From Candidatus Omnitrophota bacterium (GTDB lineage Bacteria > Omnitrophota > Gorgyraeia > Zapsychrales > Fredricksoniimonadaceae): 64,000 bases of DNA. Below the pieces are notes generated by a model. That model ran no database searches. It was not told the origin of the DNA and worked only from the letters and a program-made list of their open reading frames with translations. The stretch lies in NCBI GenBank assembly GCA_028870995.1, contig JAGWOI010000004.1, positions 17,578-81,577 on the forward strand, read 5' to 3'. Below, in pieces: positions 16,906-23,848 of this stretch. The position numbers and the translations under genes are program-made. How positions within the stretch are numbered: position 1 is the stretch's first letter; each line of letters starts with the position of its first letter.

Positions 16906-17565
16906 ATGCTCAGAGACAAAATCACCGAATTAAAGCACCAGTTGATCCAGGATGCAGGGCTGGTGGAGGACATGATCAGCCGCAGCATGCGGGGTTTATT
17001 AGAGAAGAACGCCGACATGCTCTACCAGGTGGTCAAGCACCAGGAACCGCGGGTCAACGCCTATGACCGCTCCATCGATGAGTTGTGTGTCGAGACCATT
17101 GCCCGTTTCGAGCCTGTGGCCCGCGACTTGCGCATGGTCATCATGATCATCAAGATGAACAAAGATCTGGAGCGCATGGCCGACCATGCGGTGAATATCT
17201 CCGAAAGCGGGCTGTATCTGATCGCCAATCCCTTTATAGGATCTTATACGGACCTGTTTAAAATGGGCGAAGAGGCAGTGGCCATGCTCAAGGACGCCAT
17301 CAATGCCTTTGTCAATGAGGATGTGGCCACCGCTAGGTCCGTCCGTGACAGGGACAATATTGTGGATGAGGCAGGGGACAAGATCTTAAAGGAGCTGACC
17401 GTGGTCATGCGCGGCAAAAAAGACACCATCCCGCGCGCCCTGGCCTTGATGCGCATTGCCCATAACCTGGAGCGTATCGCGGATCTGTCCACCAACATTG
17501 CCGAAGAAGTCGTATATATAGTGGAAGGCCGCGACATCAAGCACCATAAAGACGATAACGCGTAA
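16906..17565 (+). CDS. phoU: Phosphate signalling regulator PhoU
   Basis: About 219 aa with two PhoU repeats (conserved D…R…E/N motifs). Downstream of pstB. Confidence 0.88.
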   Translation: MLRDKITELKHQLIQDAGLVEDMISRSMRGLLEKNADMLYQVVKHQEPRVNAYDRSIDELCVETIARFEPVARDLRMVIMIIKMNKDLERMADHAVNISESGLYLIANPFIGSYTDLFKMGEEAVAMLKDAINAFVNEDVATARSVRDRDNIVDEAGDKILKELTVVMRGKKDTIPRALALMRIAHNLERIADLSTNIAEEVVYIVEGRDIKHHKDDNA

Positions 17566-17845
17566 AAGTCCTTAAAATCCTTTACTTTACACGCCTGCTG
17601 GTTGTTGTATCCTTAGAAACCCCTTTCTAAGATTAAAATTTCCTTAATTTTTCTTGACTCCTCCTTTAGGCCATGGCAGAATAACCGCAGTTTTATTCCA
17701 CCCAGATGATTTTAAGCTTGACCGAGAAAGGAGGGATGCTCTAGAACGGTTAAAAATCATCACCATGGGGTCTATTTAGTTATTTTTCTAGGCCAATAGA
17801 CACCTAGATATATTCATATAAACCCAATATTCTTGGGAGATAGCA

Positions 17846-19258
17846 ATGAAAAAATTATTAGTTGCTGCTTTATTCGTGGTATTAGCCTCACCGGCTTTCG
17901 CGGCTATTCAGAACGTGAAGGTCAGCGGCGATATCACCACCTCGTTTGTTCATCGCAATGATTTTACCTTGGGCACGCCGACAGGTGATCTGTATCTCGA
18001 CGGCCTCAAGAAGCAAAACGTGTTCCTGACCCAAACTCAGGTCCGCATTGACGCTGACTTAAGCGACAATGTGTCCGCCACAGTTGCGTTGCTCAATGAG
18101 CGCGCCTGGAACAACGGCAGCGGTCTTGCTACCCCTACAGATCAAAACGTTGAGATCTACCTGGCCAATGTGACCTTGCGTGAGTTCTTATATTCTCCGC
18201 TCACCTTGACCATCGGTCGTCAGATCTTCACCTACGGTAACGGCTTGGTTCTGGGCAACGGCCCGGCCAACCAGACCAACGGCGGTTTGCAGTTCATCGC
18301 CCAGGATCTAGGCTGGTCAACCGCTGAAGATGGTGTCAAGGCCACCTTGGATTATAAGCCTTTGACCATCGACCTGATCTACTTCAAGAATGATCAGAAG
18401 AACCTCACGGGCGTGATCCAAAATGGCGGTGCCTCAAGCGCCAACCAAAGCTCAGAAGTGTTCGGTTATAATGCCAATTACCAGCTGAGCGATCCCTGGA
18501 ATACGGTTATCGAACAGTATGTGTTCAGCCGTGTTGATGAAGCCGGTTACACGACCAACAACAAGAGCGATAAGCTCTATGTTCCCGGCTTACGTGCCAG
18601 CACCAATCCTATCAAAGGGTTGAACATCCAGGGCGAAATTGCCTGGCAATTGGGTGATAAGGTTGTTACAGCTAATGGTGGTCAGCAAGCCGAAGGCCGT
18701 GATGCCATGGCTATTCAAGCCCTGGCCAGCTATTCGCTGCCGGTGATGGTTAAATACAAACCGACGGTGAATGCTTCTTACACCTACTTCTCTGGTGATA
18801 AGATGTCAGCCACCAACGGCATCTCAGGCAACAAGGATGCCAGGCACTACAGCGCCTGGGATGTGTTCATGGGAGATTTTGGTGCCGGCACCATCTACAG
18901 CGCCATCTATCCCTTGACCAACATGAACATCCTTTCCGCCGGTGCTTCAGTCAGCCCGTTGGAAGATGTGACCACCAGCTTCACGTGGAGCAATCTATGG
19001 GCTGCGGACAGCTACTCTACCAACAATCCTCTGCAGATCTATCAGCCGACTGAGGGTACTGAGCTCAACACCCTGACTACCAAGAACAACGGTGCTAGAG
19101 GCTTGGGTAATGAGTATGATGTGAACCTGAACTATAACTACACTGAAGATGTTACCTTTGGTGTGAGTTTAGGCTGGTATGTTCCCGGTTCCGCGTTGGC
19201 CAATACCAACCGCGACACCGCGAGCCAAGCCATCGCAAGTTTGGGCGTGAAATTCTAA
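17846..19258 (+). CDS. Outer-membrane beta-barrel porin (second porin flanking the pst locus)
   Basis: Signal peptide (MKKLLVAALFVVLASPAFA). Alternating amphipathic beta-strand pattern. C-terminal …LGVKF with terminal Phe. Confidence 0.6.
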   Translation: MKKLLVAALFVVLASPAFAAIQNVKVSGDITTSFVHRNDFTLGTPTGDLYLDGLKKQNVFLTQTQVRIDADLSDNVSATVALLNERAWNNGSGLATPTDQNVEIYLANVTLREFLYSPLTLTIGRQIFTYGNGLVLGNGPANQTNGGLQFIAQDLGWSTAEDGVKATLDYKPLTIDLIYFKNDQKNLTGVIQNGGASSANQSSEVFGYNANYQLSDPWNTVIEQYVFSRVDEAGYTTNNKSDKLYVPGLRASTNPIKGLNIQGEIAWQLGDKVVTANGGQQAEGRDAMAIQALASYSLPVMVKYKPTVNASYTYFSGDKMSATNGISGNKDARHYSAWDVFMGDFGAGTIYSAIYPLTNMNILSAGASVSPLEDVTTSFTWSNLWAADSYSTNNPLQIYQPTEGTELNTLTTKNNGARGLGNEYDVNLNYNYTEDVTFGVSLGWYVPGSALANTNRDTASQAIASLGVKF

Positions 19259-19284
19259 ACTTGTCGATTGCAAGTGGTTGTTTC

Positions 19285-19320
19285 AAAACCCCCGTTCGAT
19301 CCTTGAACGGGGGTTTTTTA
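19285..19320 (+). terminator. Rho-independent terminator
   Basis: AAAACCCCCGTTC-GATCCTT-GAACGGGGGTTTTTT hairpin plus a T-run directly after the porin stop codon. Confidence 0.8.
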
Positions 19321-19487
19321 TTTTCTCGACGAGAAATCGCTTTCCCCCATTTTAAAAACCCTTTAAAATTTTTGACATTATTATTTCCATTTGTGTTTTC
19401 TTTGTTATGATAATTTTAAAGATACATAAGTCATTAAAATTTAAGCCGTTATACGTTGTTTTTCCGTAGAAGAGAGCCAGTCGCCGT

Positions 19488-20066
19488 ATGACCCGTGATG
19501 AGATATATGATCACCTTGCCAAGGTTTATTTAGGCAAGCGCGAAGGTGCATCGCCTAAAAAAAGTAAACCCAAAAAAATCAACCGCTCGCTGTTGGTGAT
19601 CAACGTGGTGATCACCTTGGTCATCGTGATTTCGGCGGTCTACGGGTTTACGGCTTTCCTGACGCGCCGCGGTGATTTGAAGTCGCAGGTTTTTTACGCG
19701 TTGAACAATGAGCCGATCCGCATTGCGTATGACCTTAATGACCCGTATCCGTCGACAAAGACATTTTCGGTCACGCTCCCGACCAAGGATGTGTCCAAAT
19801 ACAGCGCCTTGAACATTTCGCTGCGGGGCTTGGACGGGGCCTATCCGGGGATCGTGAAGGTGGTGGTCACCAACCAGAAGGACGAGCGGGGGACCTATTA
19901 TATCCAGAATGTGGGCTCAACCTGGCAGAAGGCCAGTATCCCCTTTGACAAATTGAATTTGACGGACTGGACGACCGTCACCAAGGTGTCCTTTGTCCTG
20001 GAAGCATGGAATGTGGATTTCCGTCGGGGAACGCTGTTGATCGACGGGGTCAGTTTCTCAAATTAA
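19488..20066 (+). CDS. Single-pass membrane protein with a C-terminal beta-rich extracytoplasmic domain; first gene of an operon with the ParA-like ATPase
   Basis: Basic cytoplasmic N-terminus (…SPKKSKPKKINRS), TM helix (LLVINVVITLVIVISAVYGF), then a ~130-aa domain. Stop codon is 14 nt before the ParA-like start. Confidence 0.5.
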   Translation: MTRDEIYDHLAKVYLGKREGASPKKSKPKKINRSLLVINVVITLVIVISAVYGFTAFLTRRGDLKSQVFYALNNEPIRIAYDLNDPYPSTKTFSVTLPTKDVSKYSALNISLRGLDGAYPGIVKVVVTNQKDERGTYYIQNVGSTWQKASIPFDKLNLTDWTTVTKVSFVLEAWNVDFRRGTLLIDGVSFSN

Positions 20067-20080
20067 GGAGACAGTTGTTT

Positions 20081-21256
20081 ATGAAAATCATTTCCATTGC
20101 CAACCAAAAAGGCGGGTGCGGTAAAACCACGACGGCCATCAACCTGGCCTCGACGCTGTCCTTCAACGGCCAGAAAACGCTTTTGATCGACCTCGATCCC
20201 CAGGCGCACGCGACCCTGGGTCTGAACGTCGAGGACCAGAACAGCCTTTACAACTGCATCTCCAAACTGACCCCGCATAAACTGAAGATCAAGGACATCA
20301 TAAAGCCGGTGGGCAAGAGCTTTGATATCGTGCCTTCCAACGTGTTGGTGGGCACCCTGGAACAGGAACTGGCCGATGAGATCGGCCGGGAACTTAAGCT
20401 GGTGGAGATTATCGATGAAATCAAGGGCCTTTATGACTATATTCTCATCGACTGCCCGCCCTCCCTGGGGTTTCTCACGGTCAACTCCATCCGCGCCAGC
20501 GATGAACTGATCATTCCGGTTGAGACCAGCCGTTTCTCCATGCAGGGGGTCGACCACCTGATGGACATCACCAATTTGATCCGCGAGAGGCTTGGCCATC
20601 CGGTCAAGCCCAAGGTGCTGATCACCATGTTCGACTCCCGCCTGCGGCATTCCTTTACCATGTTAAACAAGATGAAAGAGAAATTCAGCGGCATGCTCTT
20701 CGACACCATCGTGCATGTCAACGTCAAGCTTAAAGAGGCCGCGGTCATGGGCGAGGCGGTCATCCGCTACGACAAATACTGCCGCGGTTCCAAGGACTAT
20801 TTGAGCCTGGCCCGCGAAATCCTCACCGCCGACCGCCAGCCGATCGTGCCGGAAGTCAAGGTGACCAGTATGCCTACCGTGGCGGCGGTCCTGGAAGCCC
20901 TTCAAGAACCCAAGGAGGTCCAGGCGTCGGCGCCTGCCTCATACCAGCCTTCCGAACGCATGCAGGAATTGATCCAAAAGGAAACTCAGGAGCTCTTGAA
21001 GGCCACCACCTTTTCTCTGGCAGCGCCGGAGGCCAAATCGGTGTATGTGACCGGTTCCTTCAATGATTGGTCGCTGGACGAGAACTGCCGGATGGCCGGC
21101 CAGGACGGCCTCTGGACCCTGAAGGTCAGCCTCAAGCCGGGGACCTATAAATATCAGTTCATCGTCGACGGCAAATGGCAGGAGGATCCGGCCAACGCCA
21201 ACATGGAGCGCAATTCCTTCGGCGACATCAATTCCCTGATCGAGGTCAAGGCCTAA
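20081..21256 (+). CDS. ParA/MinD-family P-loop ATPase fused to a C-terminal CBM48 (AMPK-beta glycogen-binding-like) domain
   Basis: AAGGAG ribosome-binding site at 20065–20070 and ATG at 20081. Deviant Walker A KGGCGKTT. The C-terminus (VYVTGSFNDWSLDE…GTYKYQFIVDGKWQEDP) matches the CBM48 consensus (GSFNNW…Y.YKF.VDG.W). Confidence 0.8.
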   Translation: MKIISIANQKGGCGKTTTAINLASTLSFNGQKTLLIDLDPQAHATLGLNVEDQNSLYNCISKLTPHKLKIKDIIKPVGKSFDIVPSNVLVGTLEQELADEIGRELKLVEIIDEIKGLYDYILIDCPPSLGFLTVNSIRASDELIIPVETSRFSMQGVDHLMDITNLIRERLGHPVKPKVLITMFDSRLRHSFTMLNKMKEKFSGMLFDTIVHVNVKLKEAAVMGEAVIRYDKYCRGSKDYLSLAREILTADRQPIVPEVKVTSMPTVAAVLEALQEPKEVQASAPASYQPSERMQELIQKETQELLKATTFSLAAPEAKSVYVTGSFNDWSLDENCRMAGQDGLWTLKVSLKPGTYKYQFIVDGKWQEDPANANMERNSFGDINSLIEVKA

Positions 21257-21265
21257 AAGGGGACT

Positions 21266-21288
21266 GGCTCTTTTGAAGCGCTTCAAGA
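21266..21288 (+). terminator. Hairpin terminator after the ParA-like gene
   Basis: CTCTTTTGAAGCGCTTCAAGAG near-perfect palindrome, preceded by AAAAGGGGACTGGCTC, which is a degenerate copy of the GGGGACTGTCCCC element. Confidence 0.5.
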
Positions 21289-21295
21289 GTTCCTT

Positions 21296-21613
21296 ATGAA
21301 ATCCAATTTTTCAAAAGAGGATGTCAGCGACGGAAAAATGTATGCGGTCCTGGCCTACCTGTCCATCTTTTGCATCATCCCCCTCATCCTTAAGAAAAAC
21401 AATCCTTTTGTTTTAAATCACGGCCGGCAAGGCCTGGTGCTTTTCGTGGCCGAGGTGGCCACCCTGGTCATCAGCATTGTGGTGCCGTGGGCTTTCCGGC
21501 CTTTCCTGTTCATTCTGTTCGCCTTTTCTTTCTGGGGCATGGTCACGGCCATTCGCGGCCAGGTGGTCGAGCTGCCGGTAGTGGCCGGGATCGCCGAGAA
21601 AATTACAATATAG
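21296..21613 (+). CDS. Small integral membrane protein (DUF4870-like)
   Basis: 105 aa with two or three TM helices. N-terminal …MYAVLAYLSIFCIIPLI motif. Confidence 0.5.
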   Translation: MKSNFSKEDVSDGKMYAVLAYLSIFCIIPLILKKNNPFVLNHGRQGLVLFVAEVATLVISIVVPWAFRPFLFILFAFSFWGMVTAIRGQVVELPVVAGIAEKITI

Positions 21614-21615
21614 AT

Positions 21616-22137
21616 ATGTTCCATAAAATCGTTGATGTCCTCAAAGAGGTCTTTTGGATCAAGCCTTCCCGGAAGAAACCCAAGACCGCCCGGCGTAAGA
21701 GCGCCAAAAGGCCTGCTGTTAAAAAAAAGGCGCTCAGGCCAAAACCCAAGAAAAAGGGGACAGTCCCCTTGAAAAAAAGGGGACAGTCCCCTTTTTCTGA
21801 AAAGCCGGCGGCGGCCAAGCCGGTCAAACCCAGGCCGGCGCCTAAAGCTGCCGTCAAAGGTGCCAAGTCTTCTGCCAGGGCCATTGATCCTTCCTTGACC
21901 GAAGTAGGGAACATCACGCATTATTTCGACCGCATTAAGGTTTGTGTGGTCCAGGTGACCTTCGGAACCGTTTTAATAGGGGACAAGTTGACCGTTTTGG
22001 GACCGAAGACAAAGTTCATTCAAAAAGTGTGGTCCATGCAAATTGAAAGTGAAGATGTAAAAGTTGCTAAGAAAGGTCAATTAATAGGGTTGAAGGTTGA
22101 TAAAGTTGTTTCTGTAGGCGACAAGGTTTACAAATGA
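21616..22137 (+). CDS. Lys/Pro/Ala-rich histone-H1-like N-terminal region fused to a C-terminal EF-Tu-domain-2-like beta-barrel. Coding status of the basic region is uncertain because it contains two copies of a palindromic repeat.
   Basis: ATG at 21616. Basic tract: KKPKTARRKSAKRPAVKKKALRPKPKKKGTVPLKKRGQSPFSEKPAAAKPVKPRPAPKAAVKGAK. C-terminus (GNITHYFDRIKVCVVQVTFGTVLIGDKLTVLG…VAKKGQLIGLKVDKVVSVGDKVYK) resembles the translation-factor beta-barrel domain. Confidence 0.45.
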   Translation: MFHKIVDVLKEVFWIKPSRKKPKTARRKSAKRPAVKKKALRPKPKKKGTVPLKKRGQSPFSEKPAAAKPVKPRPAPKAAVKGAKSSARAIDPSLTEVGNITHYFDRIKVCVVQVTFGTVLIGDKLTVLGPKTKFIQKVWSMQIESEDVKVAKKGQLIGLKVDKVVSVGDKVYK

Positions 22138-22158
22138 GATTGCCCCCTTGGGGGGGAT

Positions 22159-22353
22159 ATGATATATTTAATTACGGCTATGAATTCCAAAGGGCAAAAT
22201 ATCATCGAGTATATCCTGATGGTGACCGCAGTCTTGCTGGTTTGTATCTACTTTTTTACAGCCGGCCCCATGAAGCAAAGCGTTAACACCGCCCTCAACA
22301 CCATGGTCAATGAGATCCAAAACATCAACAGCCAGATCAACTTCAGCCCCTAA
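22159..22353 (+). CDS. flp: Flp-family (type IVb / Tad) prepilin
   Basis: 64 aa with a short leader then the G/QNIIEY motif, the Flp G-XXXX-EY prepilin-peptidase processing signature, followed by a hydrophobic helix (ILMVTAVLLVCIYFF). Confidence 0.6.
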   Translation: MIYLITAMNSKGQNIIEYILMVTAVLLVCIYFFTAGPMKQSVNTALNTMVNEIQNINSQINFSP

Positions 22354-22361
22354 TTTCGCTC

Positions 22362-22730
22362 ATGAAGAAACTTAAGGCGCATCATCAACAGCTGGTCCGC
22401 CGTTATTTGCTCTGGGCCTACAAAACCACCAGGGAGGATTTCGAGCGCATCGAGCGCAAGACCACCCAGTTGCTTGTCGACGAATACATTTTGGCGTATT
22501 TGACCACCCAAAAAGCCCGGGTCCCTGAAACATTCAAGGCCTATATCGCCGCCAAGCACAAGGACGAAGTGAAGTTAAAGTCACAGCCGGAGTATCTTCA
22601 TTTGAAGAACCGTCTGGAAGCGGTTGAGGCGGCCATCAGGCACTTTTTGGGCGCCAAAGAATTGGCCGGTATTGAGAAACTTTATGAAGGGGAGTTTACC
22701 AGGCGCATCCTGGAGGCGAGGGAACACTAA
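22362..22730 (+). CDS. Hypothetical protein
   Basis: 122-aa ORF with no recognisable motif. Confidence 0.4.
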   Translation: MKKLKAHHQQLVRRYLLWAYKTTREDFERIERKTTQLLVDEYILAYLTTQKARVPETFKAYIAAKHKDEVKLKSQPEYLHLKNRLEAVEAAIRHFLGAKELAGIEKLYEGEFTRRILEAREH

Positions 22731-22951
22731 AACTTCTGGGATTCCTGGTCTTCTATTTTCTGCTTCATGCTGTCCATCAGTTCCCGCTGTTTTTCTTTAG
22801 TCTGATCAATGCTTTGCTGGGCCTCGGTTTTGACTGCGGAAGAATCAATCGCTGCAGGGGCATGAGAGAAGCTTTTGTTCAGGCCGCCCCAGAGCATGCC
22901 AAGGGCCCACATACCGGCGACAACTATGATAATGATGATTCCAAAGTTCAT
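22727..22951 (-). CDS. Small membrane protein (hypothetical)
   Basis: 74 aa with an N-terminal TM helix (IIIIIVVAGMWALGMLWGG) and a charged C-terminal tail. Confidence 0.4.
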   Translation of the reverse strand: MNFGIIIIIVVAGMWALGMLWGGLNKSFSHAPAAIDSSAVKTEAQQSIDQTKEKQRELMDSMKQKIEDQESQKF

Positions 22952-22976
22952 GTGAATAGTATATAATAAATTTCGT

Positions 22977-23423
22977 ATGCGGGTACTGTTTTTGATTATA
23001 TCTGTTTTTTTGGCTTGGGCCGGGCAAGCAAGGGCCGTGGAAGTTTATGTGGGCGGCCACCGGTATGATTCTTTCCAGGCTTATCGGGCGGCCCAAAAAG
23101 CAGTCCGTACCGCCCTAGTCACCGCGGCCCTGGACGAGCAGCAGGAAGAGTATAAGAACAAGGTCAAAATCACCCGGTTCAATGAGGCCCAGGCGCACCG
23201 GTTGTACGTGTTGGGTGTCGAAAATGGAATGAAAGAGGCCGCGCAGAGGTTTTTCATAAATCCGGGAGCGGCCGGCGCTCCTGCTGCTCAGCATATATCC
23301 TCAGAACAATTGCAAAAGGCCCTTGAGCAGGCAATGGGCAAGTCCAAAGGGCCGAAACTTTTGATCGCCGGTCCCGGCAAGGTGCGCGTCATGGCCCTGG
23401 CGCCCAATGAACAGGCCAAATAG
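22977..23423 (+). CDS. Secreted hypothetical protein
   Basis: Signal peptide (MRVLFLIISVFLAWAGQARA). 148 aa. Confidence 0.45.
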   Translation: MRVLFLIISVFLAWAGQARAVEVYVGGHRYDSFQAYRAAQKAVRTALVTAALDEQQEEYKNKVKITRFNEAQAHRLYVLGVENGMKEAAQRFFINPGAAGAPAAQHISSEQLQKALEQAMGKSKGPKLLIAGPGKVRVMALAPNEQAK

Positions 23424-23452
23424 GGGGCCAGGCGCACGGTTTGAGGTTTTTC

Positions 23453-23481
23453 TTGACTAGGTTGCGCAATCCAGCTATAAT
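23453..23481 (+). promoter_or_regulatory. Sigma70-type promoter for rpsO-pnp (TTGACT-17-TATAAT)
   Basis: Consensus hexamers with a 17-bp spacer, about 70 nt upstream of the rpsO start. Confidence 0.65.
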
Positions 23482-23550
23482 TTGCGCTCTTATATAGGTC
23501 AAATGAATAAGCGCGGGGTCGCGCTAAAAGGAGGAAGTACGTTGGTTCTC

Positions 23551-23811
23551 ATGAAAGAAAAGAAAACAGAAGTCATCAGCCGTTTCAAGACCCACGCCAA
23601 GGACACGGGCTCTGCTCCTGTCCAGATCGCGGTCCTGACGGAACAGATCAATCAGCTCAACGAGCATTTTAAAACCCACAAGAAGGATTTCCATTCCCGC
23701 CGTGGCATGTTGATGCTCATCGGCAAGCGCCGCCGTATGCTGGACTATCTCCAGAAGCAAGATCCCAAAAAATACGAAGAAACCATCAATAAGCTCGATT
23801 TACGCAAGTAA
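23551..23811 (+). CDS. rpsO: 30S ribosomal protein S15
   Basis: Start refined to ATG 23551, with an AAAGGAGG ribosome-binding site. Conserved S15 sequence …[25 protein letters not shown]…. Confidence 0.9.
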   Translation: MKEKKTEVISRFKTHAKDTGSAPVQIAVLTEQINQLNEHFKTHKKDFHSRRGMLMLIGKRRRMLDYLQKQDPKKYEETINKLDLRK

Positions 23812-23848
23812 CCTCACTCGAGCACTTTTTTAAGAAAGGGTCTTTTAT

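Noticed and set aside
21418-21921. Reverse-strand 167-aa and 104-aa ORFs opposite the Lys-rich gene
   Set aside because: They are Arg/Gly/Pro-rich mirror images of the forward Lys/Ala/Pro-rich frame. The forward frame carries the conserved-looking C-terminal beta-barrel, so the forward frame is preferred, though its 5' extent is uncertain.
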